A program made the position numbers and the translations under genes. The notes below the pieces were generated by a model. It saw nothing but the letters and a program-made list of their open reading frames with translations. It did no database searches and was not told the DNA's origin. A stretch of 64,000 bases of DNA from an uncultured Chloroflexia bacterium (GTDB lineage: Bacteria > Chloroflexota > Chloroflexia > DTKN01). Where the stretch lies: assembly GCA_964592645.1 (NCBI GenBank), contig CAZQFV010000017.1, positions 306 to 64,305 of the forward strand. The letters are read 5' to 3'. Numbering within the stretch: position 1 is the stretch's first letter; every line of letters begins with the position of its first letter. Shown one piece after another: positions 47,061 through 57,031 of this stretch.

Positions 47061-48020
47061 TCACCCCTGCCTGCTACGGATGTACGGCGATTGCCGGACG
47101 ATGTACCGGCGTGCCAGGGGAGAGAGGAGCCGCAACATGGGTCGCTGCCAGCGCTTACGGAAGGCAAGCTGGGCCAGGTAATCGGAGAAAGTATACCGCT
47201 GGTATTGTAGCAGGCGCTGGCTCTCGCGTGTGTCCATCCAGCCACCACCCTGCCGGGCCACCGGGCTAAAGGCCTCTGCCGGCAACCGCCCCAGTCCCAA
47301 CGCCTCCAGGGTACGATTGATCATCTCGCCGTAGTAGACCTGGCAGGCCGGCCCTCCACCGATCATCCAGATCCGCCCCCAGGCCGCAGCGCAGGGCAGG
47401 CAGTTGGCAATGGCCAGGGCCGCGTCGCGAGGATGCAGGTATTCCTGGCGGGCATCCGGCGGCAGGTCGAAGATAACCGGATCCAACCGGCCGACCGGTT
47501 CCGGCGGCAGCACCGATCCGAAGCGCAAGATACACCAGGTCAGCCCGGAGGCGCGCACCATCTCCTCCACGGCGATCTTGTGCTCGTTATAGTGGTTCAG
47601 CGCCTGAAGGGGGCTTTCGGGTGTCAGCAACCCCGTCAGGCCACGGGTGTCGCCGTGAACCGAGTAACTGGAAGCGAAGAGGAGCCGGACGGGGTTTTTC
47701 TGCCCCTGCAGCGCGGCGATGAGGTGTTGCGACCCGTTCACGTTGGCGGCGCGGGCCAGGTCCGGCGACCGTTCGCTCTGCGGCGGCAACACAAAGGCCA
47801 GGTGTACCACGGCCTCTTGACCGTCCACCGCCCGGGCGACATCGTCCGGCCGGCGGATATCTCCCCAGAGCACCTCAACCGCGCCGCCGTACTGTGCCGC
47901 CGTGCGGCGGGTGGCCGGCGCGGGCCGGTCGAAGGCGCGGACGGTGTGCCCTTGCGCCAAGAGTTCGTGTAGGGTGGCCGTGCCGATGTTTCCAAACGCT
48001 CCGGTAACGAGCACCCGCAT
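47061..48020 (-). CDS. NAD-dependent epimerase/dehydratase family protein
   Basis: MRVLVTGAFGNIGTATLHELL Rossmann motif and YNEHK in the Y-x3-K position. AAGGAG lies upstream of ATG 48020. The ORF extension to 48266 was rejected. Confidence 0.85.
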   Translation of the reverse strand: MRVLVTGAFGNIGTATLHELLAQGHTVRAFDRPAPATRRTAAQYGGAVEVLWGDIRRPDDVARAVDGQEAVVHLAFVLPPQSERSPDLARAANVNGSQHLIAALQGQKNPVRLLFASSYSVHGDTRGLTGLLTPESPLQALNHYNEHKIAVEEMVRASGLTWCILRFGSVLPPEPVGRLDPVIFDLPPDARQEYLHPRDAALAIANCLPCAAAWGRIWMIGGGPACQVYYGEMINRTLEALGLGRLPAEAFSPVARQGGGWMDTRESQRLLQYQRYTFSDYLAQLAFRKRWQRPMLRLLSPLARRYIVRQSPYIRSRQG

Positions 48021-48054
48021 CGGCCTGCTCCTTGGAACCAACCCGTTCTGCTCT

Positions 48055-49719
48055 CTATAGCCGGTACTGCTCCACAACCTTGTACAGTTGGTCGGCCAGG
48101 CGGTGCAGATCTCCCGCCGCCCGCTCCGACTGCTGTGTGCTTGCCAGGCTCTGCGCCATCGCCTGCTGGATGTTGTGCATAGCCACGGCCATCTGCTCCA
48201 TCCCCGTCGTCTGCTGGGTAGCAGCCGCGGCAATCCCGGTCGAAACCTGCACCGATTCGACCACACTTTCCGCCAGTTGGCGGATCACCTCCCCGGCCTG
48301 GCTGGCTTGCCGCATACCGGCGTCGGCACCCTTGATGCCTTCTTCGGTGGCCATCACGGCGGCGTTGACGCCGCGCTGGATTTCGGTGAGCAGATCGCGC
48401 ACCTGGACCGTAGCCGCGCGGCTCTGTTCGGCCAAGGCGCGCACCTCCGTTGCCACCACGGCAAATCCCCTGCCGGCCTCGCCGGCCCGCGCCGCCTCCA
48501 CGGCAGCGTTCAGCGCGAGCATGTTGCTCTGACTGGCGATGTCGCCGACCGCGGCAATGATCTGTCCGATGGCTTGGGTATGCTCGGAAAGATCCAGAAT
48601 GTTGTGGGCGATCGTTTCGACCTTGTGCCGTACTTCCTGCATGCGGCCGACCGTATCGGCGACGGCCTGCTGGCCGGCCTGGGCAGATGCCGTGGTCCGT
48701 TCGGCCTGCTCGGTCACGCGCTGGGCACGCTGGGCGGTCTGCTCGGCGATGGCGCGGACCTCGTCGATCGTGCTGGAGGCCTGGGCGATGGCGGCAGACT
48801 GCTCGCTGGCGCCGGAGGCCTGCTGGGTGGTGGCGGCCAGGATTTCGGCCGAGGCCGAGGTCAGATTGGTCGCGGCGTCGCGGATGCGCGCGGTCATGCG
48901 CTGCAGACTGGCCACCGTCTCGTTCAGCGAGCGGGCCAAGATGCCCAGTGGCTCGTCTGCGCCTTCTTCCGCGTCCTCCAGGTGCAGGCGGCCGGCCAGG
49001 TTGCCTTGCGCCACTTCGGTCATGAAAGCGCCGTACCGCTCCACGGCCCGGCGTAGCGCAGCGTTGCGCTGCTCCAGGGCCGCCCGGATGCCCTGCAGTT
49101 CCCGGCTGCTCTCGGTCAGGGCCTTCTCGTTGTGCCGGGCCCGCTCCAGCGCCCGGCGCAGGTTGCCGGTGGCGACGTTGAGAACAACCGCCGAAACCAG
49201 AACATAGATGCACAGGGAGGCCCAGGTGGACAGCAGCGTATCCAGCCCAATCGGCTTCGGTAGGAGGCCCTGGCTGTGGGCGGCCACCAGGGCCAGTTCG
49301 GTCAGGACGCTCAGGCCGGCAAAGATGAAGCCGCCGCGCCCTCCCAGCAGGAGGCCGCCGATGACGGTGACGACGACAAACCCGTATACCGAGGAACCTT
49401 GTACACCGCTGAAGATGACCGTGACCGCCGTCATGAATGCCCACAATACGATCAGAAAGATGGCACTGGCAGCGCCAACGTAGCCAAGCCGCGCCAGGGC
49501 CAGGGTACCCACTCCGACGACGAGCAAAATGCTCACCAGGGGCAAGGAGTATTGCGGGTTGGTCCAGGTAGCCAGGGCAAAGATGGCGTAGATGACAAGG
49601 ATCGTCAGCAAGGCCAACTGCATAGGGTAGAAGAGGGCGGCGGCGCGAGTCTTGTCCTCATCCTCCTCAAAAACCGGCGCCGTCAGGAGGCGTCGGATGC
49701 GGGTAAACCATTTTCTCAT
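48055..49719 (-). CDS. Methyl-accepting chemotaxis protein (multi-TM + HAMP + MA domain)
   Basis: Highly conserved signalling hairpin ...[40 protein letters not shown]... and an N-terminal hydrophobic region. Confidence 0.9.
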   Translation of the reverse strand: MRKWFTRIRRLLTAPVFEEDEDKTRAAALFYPMQLALLTILVIYAIFALATWTNPQYSLPLVSILLVVGVGTLALARLGYVGAASAIFLIVLWAFMTAVTVIFSGVQGSSVYGFVVVTVIGGLLLGGRGGFIFAGLSVLTELALVAAHSQGLLPKPIGLDTLLSTWASLCIYVLVSAVVLNVATGNLRRALERARHNEKALTESSRELQGIRAALEQRNAALRRAVERYGAFMTEVAQGNLAGRLHLEDAEEGADEPLGILARSLNETVASLQRMTARIRDAATNLTSASAEILAATTQQASGASEQSAAIAQASSTIDEVRAIAEQTAQRAQRVTEQAERTTASAQAGQQAVADTVGRMQEVRHKVETIAHNILDLSEHTQAIGQIIAAVGDIASQSNMLALNAAVEAARAGEAGRGFAVVATEVRALAEQSRAATVQVRDLLTEIQRGVNAAVMATEEGIKGADAGMRQASQAGEVIRQLAESVVESVQVSTGIAAAATQQTTGMEQMAVAMHNIQQAMAQSLASTQQSERAAGDLHRLADQLYKVVEQYRL

Positions 49720-49736
49720 CGTCTTTCTCCTCCTTG

Positions 49737-49794
49737 GAGCCTATCCGAAAACCTCGGCGGCCCGAAAGGGGACCACAGGTTTTCGGATAGGCTC
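49737..49794 (-). repeat. 18-bp perfect inverted repeat (hairpin) between the CHAT stop and the MCP RBS
   Basis: GAGCCTATCCGAAAACCT (49737-49754), a 22-nt loop, then AGGTTTTCGGATAGGCTC (49777-49794). No U-run follows on the transcribed strand. Confidence 0.75.
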
Positions 49795-49839
49795 AGTCCG
49801 AATTGCCGTTCGCGGTCCTGTTTACCTCGAGGCCCTTCT

Positions 49840-51930
49840 CTAAACCACCACCCGCGCATTGGGGTGCCCATAGACACTGTAGGCCAACCATGTGGGGTCG
49901 CCCGCCTCCCGCGCCGCCAGCCGGCCGGCCCGCACCGCCGCCGCCAGCGCCTCCCCCGCCAACAGCCGCTCGTAGAACGCCCGCGCAAAGTCCAGCGCCG
50001 GCCCGTCGGTCACCGACCACAGGGGGGCGATGAACAGCCCGGCCCCGGCGCTGATCAGCCGGTTGGTCCAGCCGCCGATGCGCGTCAGCCCCCACCCTTG
50101 CCGGCCGGCGTGACAGGCGTTGAAAACGAATCCGGGACGCTTCTGCCGAATGTGCCGCTCAATTGCCGGTCCGACGATCGCTTCGGGAGCCAAGGGCTGC
50201 AGGTCTTGCAGCCAGATGGCCGAGTCGGCGTCGGGCGCGGTGGGGTAAAAGTTGCCGTGCGCGGCCACGTGCAGCCAGTCGTAGCCGCCCTGCTTCAACA
50301 GGCCGATCACGTTGGGCCATGTGGGCGGCAGAGGGCTCACATCGCTCACCCTATGTCGCGCAATGAGTTCCCCCAGCACTTGGCGCTCCACCTGGGCGGC
50401 CGGCAGGTCGGAGTCGGTCGGCGCCAGGCAGGCCAGGGTCTCCAAGGTCAAACGGACGGGTGGAGCCTCATGGCCGTTGCCCCGGGCATCGCGGCGCAGC
50501 CACCGGGTCAGCCCCATGGTCAGACACCAGGGCGTCTCGTCCTCCCAATCCTCGTCGTAGGGCCAGACCAACTCCCAGGGGATGTAGGGTTCGTCGGAGA
50601 TGATGAGCAGGCTCTTGTCGCGCCAGGCGGCGCGTTCCGCGGCATAGACCGTCTTGAGCTCCTGGGGAATCAGGTTCTTCCAGAGGTTCTGTCCGAGTTC
50701 CTGGAGGCGCGCGTCGGCCGTTTCGGGCGGCACAACGCGCTGCTTGCCTACGACGGCCGCGACCGTCGGATCCAACCGTTCGGCCAGTACGGTCAGGATG
50801 TCATAGAGGCGCGTCGTCTGGGCATCCAGATCGCCCTCTAGGTAAACGGGGGCAAAGGTGCGCCCGGCCTCGCCGGCCCGGCGCAGGGTAAAGACCAGGG
50901 CCGGCTGCTGCCGGAAACGCTCGTAGGTGATGGCGAGCTCCAGGTCCGGCGGCGCTGCGCCGGGCTCGATGCGCACAGCCTGGGCCAGTTTGGATTCGGT
51001 GGTCTCGCTGACCTCGTAGGGGGTGACCTCGACCGGTACGCTGGCCGTGCCCATGCGGTTACCGTTTTGGAAGAAATCGAGGTTGACGCGGGTGGGGCCG
51101 ACTTCCCGCGGACGCAAGTAAAAGACGAGGGGGGGACTATCCGTGTCCGGAGGGAGGGTAACCTCTTGTTCCGGTGCGTTTAGGAGGTCAAAAGCCGGGG
51201 CTTCGATCCGCACGGCGACCGCCGTGTCCCGCTGCAGGGCTAACGTTTCGGCGGCGGCGCTGCGCTCAGGTGGGGAAAGCGTTAGCTGGACGACCACGGC
51301 GATGCGCGGAGTCTCCACCCACACCCGGCGCGGGCAGGTGATGTCGGTGTAGCGGGTGACGGTGGCCGCGGCGGCCCTTTCCCCCGCGATCAGCCGGTCC
51401 AGGATGGGCGGAGCGCCGCGGATGAGGAGGCCTCGGGCGCGCTCGGCCGGGGGCCGGCCGTCGAGCGCCTGGCGGGCGGCTACCGCCCGCTCCTGCGCTT
51501 GCCGGGCCTGCTCCTGGGCCTGCCGCAGCGCGCCCTCCAGCCCCTGCGCGAGGGCGGTTGGCAGTAGTTCCCGGGGCGCCCCCGGCAGCCCTTCTGCAAC
51601 CCATTCGTCTTGCCACGCCGCGCCCAGCCGCTCGCGCAGCGCGCCCACCAGCCCGGCGGCCTGCTCTCGATCCTGCTCCGTGGTCGTCCCCCGGGCCGGG
51701 GAAAAGAGCAGGGGCGGCGTCTCGCCGGGGCGGTAGAGCAGCAGCGGGGCGTCGGCCATCGCCTGGTGGCCACAGTGCGGGCAGGGCAGGGCGTGTAACG
51801 ACCCGCTGCGGATGCGCTCGAGCAGGTCCGGCCGCTCGGCGGTGTCCACGATTAGCCAGACCTCGGTCCGGAATTGCTGCTTGCACCGGGGACAGGTCCA
51901 TTCGACTTCCTGGGATAGGCTATGGGCCAT
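49840..51930 (-). CDS. CpXC-type zinc-ribbon + CHAT (caspase-like) domain protein
   Basis: N-terminal CPRC...CPHC. The C-terminal CHAT dyad is WLHVAAHGNF (His) and FVFNACHAGRQ (Cys). AAGGAG lies upstream. Confidence 0.85.
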   Translation of the reverse strand: MAHSLSQEVEWTCPRCKQQFRTEVWLIVDTAERPDLLERIRSGSLHALPCPHCGHQAMADAPLLLYRPGETPPLLFSPARGTTTEQDREQAAGLVGALRERLGAAWQDEWVAEGLPGAPRELLPTALAQGLEGALRQAQEQARQAQERAVAARQALDGRPPAERARGLLIRGAPPILDRLIAGERAAAATVTRYTDITCPRRVWVETPRIAVVVQLTLSPPERSAAAETLALQRDTAVAVRIEAPAFDLLNAPEQEVTLPPDTDSPPLVFYLRPREVGPTRVNLDFFQNGNRMGTASVPVEVTPYEVSETTESKLAQAVRIEPGAAPPDLELAITYERFRQQPALVFTLRRAGEAGRTFAPVYLEGDLDAQTTRLYDILTVLAERLDPTVAAVVGKQRVVPPETADARLQELGQNLWKNLIPQELKTVYAAERAAWRDKSLLIISDEPYIPWELVWPYDEDWEDETPWCLTMGLTRWLRRDARGNGHEAPPVRLTLETLACLAPTDSDLPAAQVERQVLGELIARHRVSDVSPLPPTWPNVIGLLKQGGYDWLHVAAHGNFYPTAPDADSAIWLQDLQPLAPEAIVGPAIERHIRQKRPGFVFNACHAGRQGWGLTRIGGWTNRLISAGAGLFIAPLWSVTDGPALDFARAFYERLLAGEALAAAVRAGRLAAREAGDPTWLAYSVYGHPNARVVV

Positions 51931-51999
51931 CGCCGCCCTCCTTGTTGGCAGGATGGGGTTTTGGGGGTATTATACCACAAGTCACCACCTTCGCTTTGA

Positions 52000-52935
52000 C
52001 TATGCCGCCAGGCGAGCGCCGAGTTGCCCGGCGGTAATACCCGACCGGAACCGGTCTTTGAGCCAGACCGGGAGATTGCGTTGATGTTCGGCCTGAATCG
52101 CGCGACGGGCATCGCCCCAGGCGATGTGCTCTCCCGGCCGCTCGGCCTGGAGGCCGGCCCGCTGCCTGTCCGGGAAGTAGGCCGGGCAGGACACCGGCGT
52201 CCAGAAGCGCACGATGGCGGCGGCGCTCATCACCTGGTAGTGGTCGCTGCCCGGCAGGTCTTGGTAGTCCTCGAAGAGCGTCTCGATGTCCCGGCGCGCC
52301 GCCAGGATGTCGATCACGGTCTGGGCGTCGGCGTCGATCAGGGTGCTGCTCTGCTTCTCCCCGCCGGAGAGCAAAAAGGTCTCCCGGTCGCGGAGGTGAG
52401 AAATCCCCAGGCGCTCGAGCGCCTCGTCCACCCGCCGGCGAATCTCGGGCCGCGGCAGGCCCAGGTTCTCCAGCCCGAAGGCCACCTCGGCGACGACGCG
52501 CGCGCCCAGGATCTGGCGCTCGGGATCCTGCAGGACCGTGCCGACCAACTGGGATACGCGGGCCAGGGGAAGGCCGGCCGGGTCCTGGCCGTGAAGGGAG
52601 ATGCGCCCGGTGAGCTCGCCCTTGTAGCTGCGCGGGATCAGGCCGTTGATGCAGCGGATCAACGTGGTCTTGCCGCAGCCGCTGGCGCCCGCGAGGAGCA
52701 CGAGCTCGCCCGGTGCCAGGGTCAACGAGATATCGTGGATGGCCGGCCCGGGGCGATCGCGGTAGCGAAAGGTCAGCCCCTCGATGGACAGCAGCGCCTT
52801 GTCCGGTGTCTGTGGCAAGAACGCCTCCTGGCGAGGGTGGCCCAGATCAGGTCCTGGAACAGGCCGCAGCTCACGCTCAGTATACCGCAAAGGGTGCCGA
52901 AAGGCAACCTGCACGCGCCAAAGGGGGCGAGGCAT
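52000..52935 (-). pseudogene. ECF/cobalt-type ABC ATPase truncated after the signature motif and fused to unrelated sequence
   Basis: LAGASGCGKTTL (Walker A), Q-loop VLQDPE and LSGGEKQ are present. No Walker B or H-loop follows. From about nt 52350 downward the frame reads unrelated sequence (SSTLIDADAQTVIDIL...). Confidence 0.5.
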
Positions 52936-53056
52936 CTGCCCATGCCGACCCCTGGAGCTGCTGCGCTATGCGATGGGCGGCGTATCGAACGCCGCGGCCG
53001 GCCGCCTTGCCCTGGCAGCGGCCCTGTTGCCCCTGCCGGCGGACGCCGCCCGCTCC

Positions 53057-53653
53057 CTACGAAGCCGCCTCGATGCCCAGCCGGAACGCCGCCCGGTTCA
53101 CCTCCTGGGCCTTGGCCGGCACCTGCGCCAGCAGCGCCTCTTCCAGGGCCTGTTCGGAGAGCGGCAATGTGCCGCTGCCCCACAGCGCCCCCAGCAGGAC
53201 CACGTTCTCCGTGCGGGCGTCGCCGGCCTGCAGCGCCAGCCCAGGCCCGTCGAAGAGGATCACCCGTCCGGCCACGCTCCGCAGGCCGGCCACGACCTCC
53301 TCCTCGTGGACATAGGCGCGCTCGCGGCGCGACACGGCGATCGTCTCCGAGGGGGGATGCATGATGCGGCTGGAGGAGATCACCAGTCCCCCCGGCTTCA
53401 GGAACTCGATGTAGCGCAGCGCCTCCAGCAGCTCCATGGCCGCGATTACGTCCGCCCCGCCGATGGGGATGATCGGGCTGAGCGCCTCCGCGCCGATCCG
53501 CAGGTGGGTGACGATCGAGCCCGAGCGCTGCGAGAGGCCGTGCAGCTCGCCGGTCTTCACGGGCAGCCCCTGCCGCGCGCAGGCCAGCCCGATGATGTTC
53601 GAGAGCATCACGGCCCCCTGGCCGCCGACGCCGGGCATGATGAGGCTGATCAT
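53057..53653 (-). CDS. iorB: Indolepyruvate:ferredoxin oxidoreductase, beta subunit
   Basis: MISLIMPGVGGQGAVMLSNIIG...GELHGLSQRSGS. ATGA overlap with the iorA stop. Confidence 0.85.
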   Translation of the reverse strand: MISLIMPGVGGQGAVMLSNIIGLACARQGLPVKTGELHGLSQRSGSIVTHLRIGAEALSPIIPIGGADVIAAMELLEALRYIEFLKPGGLVISSSRIMHPPSETIAVSRRERAYVHEEEVVAGLRSVAGRVILFDGPGLALQAGDARTENVVLLGALWGSGTLPLSEQALEEALLAQVPAKAQEVNRAAFRLGIEAAS

Positions 53654-55593
53654 CGGGTTTCCCCCTTTTTCTTGTGCGACGGGGCCGTGCAGAGGATATC
53701 GTCCCCCTCCACGCACCCCCCTGTGCGGTGGATCACGTCGTAGGGACAGATCTGGGCGCAGGTGCCGCAGCCGTTGCACAGCGTCGGGTCGATGCGCGAG
53801 GAGCGGTCGTCCTCGTCCATGCGGATGGCCGGGCAATAGAACATGCGCATACAGGTGTGGCACTTGTGGCAGGTCTCCTTGTTCACGAAGTAGGGCGCCG
53901 TGGCCTCGCCGCGCTTGCGCTTCAGACGGTCGTTGTACAGGGCGCAGGGGCCGCGCGAGATCAGCACCCGCACCCCCGTGCCCGCCAGCGCCTGTCGGAT
54001 GGCCTCGGTGGTCTCGGCCACGCGGAAAGCGTTCGTCAGCACCGGCTCCACGCCCAGCCCGCGCACCACCTGCTCGATCTCGATGCGCACGCCATCCTCC
54101 GGCGAGCCCATGGCAAAGTCCGAACCGGGGTGCGACTGTTGGCCGGTCATCGCCGTCACCCGGTTGTCCAACAGGATGAGCAGCAGGTTGTGCCGGTTGT
54201 GGATGGCGTTGATCAGGCCGGGGAGGCCGGCGTGGAAAAAGGTGGAGTCGCCCATGAGCGCCACGACGGTGTCGTTCAGCCCGACCTCATGTCCCGCCGC
54301 CAGGCCCAGCGAGGCTCCCATGCAGATCAGCGAGTCGCCCATGTTGAACGGCGGCAGGATGGTCATCGAGTAGCAGCCGATATCGTCGTCGAGCACGACC
54401 GGCTTGCGGAGAGTGGCCTTCTGGTAGGCATAGAGGGTGGCGCGGTGCGGGCAGCCGGCGCAAAAGGTCGGGGCGCGGGCCGGCAGGATCTCCTTGGCCT
54501 GGTCGGCGGTCGCCAGGTGGGCATCGTAGTCGAAGGAGGGCGGCCGACCCAGGATGCCGGCCAGCGCCCTCTCCGCCAGCGGCACGCTGTACTCCAGCGC
54601 CTCCGAAAAGTGCCCGCTGCGCTTCCCCAGGACCTGCAGCGCCGGCTGGACCTCCTTGGAGATCTCGCGCACCGCCTTCTCGATGTAGGGCGAGAGCTCC
54701 TCCAGGACGACGACGCTCTCCAACTCCCGGACGAAGGCGGCGATCTTGTTCTCCGGCAGCGGGTAGAGCGTGCCCAGGCGCAGCAGCGGCAGTTGCACGC
54801 CCAGGCGCAGCATCGCCTCGCGGGCGTAGACGGCCGGGATGCCGGCCGCGATGATTCCCACCCGCCCCTGGCCCTCGTACAGGATGTTCCAGGGGGCCTC
54901 CTCCATCTCCGGGACCAGGGCGGCGATCCGCTCCAACAGTTTGGCCTTGAAGGCCCGCGCCGTCGGCCCGACGCAGGCATAGCTGCGCCCCACGGCCGAC
55001 CAGTCGTTCTTCGGTCGGGGGACCCTTTCCAGCCGGCCGAGGCGCACCAGCCCGGACTGGTGGTTCACGCGGGTAGTGGTGCGGATGATCACGGGGGTGC
55101 CGTGCCGTTCGGAGAGGTCCAGCGCCCACTTGACCATCTCGTAGGCTTCCTGCGGACCGTCCGGCTCGATCATCGGCACGTAGGCGGCGGGGGCATAGAG
55201 CCGGCCGTCCTGCTCGTTCTGCGAGGAGTGGGCAAAGGGATCGTCGGCGGCGACGACGACCAGGCCGGCCCGGACGCCGGTGTAGGCCAGGGTGAAGAGG
55301 GCGTCGGCGGCGACGTTCAGCCCCACCGACTTCATCGAGGTCAAGGCGCGCAGGCCGGCCATCGAGGCGCCGGCCACTCCCTCCAGGGCCACCATCTCGT
55401 TCGTGGCGATCTCCGCCCAGACCCCGGCCTTTGGACCGTAGGCCACCATCGCCTCCAGGATCTCGCTGGTCGGCGAGCCGGGATAAAACGAGGCGTACTG
55501 CACGCCGGCCTCGAGCGCCGCCCGGACGATCGCTTCGTTGGTCATCATAAAGGCGACGGCGGGTTCGGGATCGAGGATCGCTTCCAGGGTCAT
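53650..55593 (-). CDS. iorA: Indolepyruvate:ferredoxin oxidoreductase, alpha subunit
   Basis: TPP-binding MGDSTFFHAG, a C-terminal 2x[4Fe-4S] region CHKCHTC...CNGCGTCAQICP, and an N-terminal pyruvate-flavodoxin-oxidoreductase-like domain. GGAGG lies upstream of ATG 55593. Confidence 0.88.
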   Translation of the reverse strand: MTLEAILDPEPAVAFMMTNEAIVRAALEAGVQYASFYPGSPTSEILEAMVAYGPKAGVWAEIATNEMVALEGVAGASMAGLRALTSMKSVGLNVAADALFTLAYTGVRAGLVVVAADDPFAHSSQNEQDGRLYAPAAYVPMIEPDGPQEAYEMVKWALDLSERHGTPVIIRTTTRVNHQSGLVRLGRLERVPRPKNDWSAVGRSYACVGPTARAFKAKLLERIAALVPEMEEAPWNILYEGQGRVGIIAAGIPAVYAREAMLRLGVQLPLLRLGTLYPLPENKIAAFVRELESVVVLEELSPYIEKAVREISKEVQPALQVLGKRSGHFSEALEYSVPLAERALAGILGRPPSFDYDAHLATADQAKEILPARAPTFCAGCPHRATLYAYQKATLRKPVVLDDDIGCYSMTILPPFNMGDSLICMGASLGLAAGHEVGLNDTVVALMGDSTFFHAGLPGLINAIHNRHNLLLILLDNRVTAMTGQQSHPGSDFAMGSPEDGVRIEIEQVVRGLGVEPVLTNAFRVAETTEAIRQALAGTGVRVLISRGPCALYNDRLKRKRGEATAPYFVNKETCHKCHTCMRMFYCPAIRMDEDDRSSRIDPTLCNGCGTCAQICPYDVIHRTGGCVEGDDILCTAPSHKKKGETR

Positions 55594-55729
55594 CTGGACC
55601 TCCAAGTGCGCGAATGGCCCGCTGCCCGGGCTGAATGGGTAACAGCGACCGGCCCTGTCGTGCGGGCCGGCCGCGAATTCCCGGTGCCCTATCTGGTGCC
55701 CCGCCGACAGGCAGTGCCTCCGGCAGGGC

Positions 55730-56134
55730 TCACACTCCCGCCAGCACGTCTTCCTCCAGGATGGCCAGGACCTCGGTGGCGATGCGCCGCATATCCATAA
55801 AGACCAGGCCCAGCTTGGCGTTCTCGTTGGCCAGGGTCACCAGGATGGCCTGGTTGCCCACAGAGGTCATAAAAACGTACCCCGTCCCTTCCCCCTCGAC
55901 ATAGATCTGCTTGACCTTGCCCTCCAACAGCTCGTTGGCGATACGCTCGCCCAGGGTGAGCACGGCCGCGGCCATAGCGCCGATCTGCTGTTCGTCGGTG
56001 CCGTCGGGCAGGGCGGAAGCCAGCACCAGCCCTTCCGGGCTGACAATGGCCGAGGCCTCGATGTTGGGGGTCAGCCCCTGCATCTGGCGCAGCAGCCCGC
56101 CTAGTCTTCGGATGCGATTATCGACGCTAACCAT
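55730..56134 (-). CDS. Roadblock/LC7 (MglB-like) domain protein
   Basis: 134 aa. ...IEASAIVSPEGLVLAS.....IGAMAAAVLTLGERI......YVEGEGTGYVFMTSVG..AILVTLAN is the typical Robl_LC7 pattern. AGGAGGG RBS. Confidence 0.8.
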   Translation of the reverse strand: MVSVDNRIRRLGGLLRQMQGLTPNIEASAIVSPEGLVLASALPDGTDEQQIGAMAAAVLTLGERIANELLEGKVKQIYVEGEGTGYVFMTSVGNQAILVTLANENAKLGLVFMDMRRIATEVLAILEEDVLAGV

Positions 56135-56943
56135 CTGAGTGCCCTCCTGATGAATGAACTGCCGGCGCGAGTTCGCTCGCGGCCGGGCTGTATGCTCAGA
56201 TCTGCCATCACCGCCGGCAGGGGCTCGGCAACGATCGGGGCCGTCTCTGCGGCCGGGGCCGGGGTGGCGACCGCCAGCGGTGGCTCAACGATGGCCATCA
56301 CGTCCCGTTCCAGCGTCAGCAGTTCGGCCTCGACCTCCTCGATGTGGCCCAGGTCCCGGCCGTTCCAGGAGCGGTCCAGCCTGGCGCGGATGGCGGCGAC
56401 CCGCTCCGGGAAGTAGCCCAGGTTCAGCGAGTCCAGCTTTTGCCGCAGGTGGACCAGGCGTTCCCGGGGGATGTCGGCCGCCCGGCCCTCGCTGGTCAGC
56501 CGCCGCAGCCGCTCGATGGCCGGCGTGGCGGCGACCCACTCCTCCGCGCCCAGGGGCGTCACTCCCACCACCTTGCCGACATGCTCCTCGATCTGCAGGA
56601 CGTCGTGCAGCACCAGGGCCAGGTTGGCCTCGGCGGCGGCGACCGCCAGCAGGATGACCTCGCGGCCCACGGCGCGCAGGATGACATACCCGCCATCGCC
56701 CTCCACATAGACCTGGCGCATCTCCCCTTCGAGCTGCTCCAGGGCGATGCGGCGCCCCAGCAGGGCGGCCGGCGCGGCCATGGCGGCGATGCTCTCGGGC
56801 TCCACTCCCGCCGGCAGGACTGCCGCCCATAGCTGCCCACCAGGGCTGACCAGCGCCAAAGCCGTGAGGTGCGGGCGCCGTTGGATGGCCTGCGACAGCA
56901 AGTCCTCCAGGTGTTTCGGCTGCGCCACTTGCTCCGTTGACAT
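56101..56943 (-). CDS. Roadblock/LC7 domain protein with a long C-terminal extension
   Basis: LTALALVSPGGQLWAAVLP...IAAMAAPAALLGRRI...VYVEGDGGYVILRAVGREVILLAVA, then about 170 extra residues. Its end overlaps the next gene by 34 nt. Confidence 0.75.
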   Translation of the reverse strand: MSTEQVAQPKHLEDLLSQAIQRRPHLTALALVSPGGQLWAAVLPAGVEPESIAAMAAPAALLGRRIALEQLEGEMRQVYVEGDGGYVILRAVGREVILLAVAAAEANLALVLHDVLQIEEHVGKVVGVTPLGAEEWVAATPAIERLRRLTSEGRAADIPRERLVHLRQKLDSLNLGYFPERVAAIRARLDRSWNGRDLGHIEEVEAELLTLERDVMAIVEPPLAVATPAPAAETAPIVAEPLPAVMADLSIQPGRERTRAGSSFIRRALRWLASIIASED

Positions 56944-57031
56944 GCTCGACTCTCCCATTAGGTGTTCCACAACGCCACGATCGCTGTCTGGGCGCATTAT
57001 ACCAGAAATCCTCACATTTTGCTGCGCCCGA

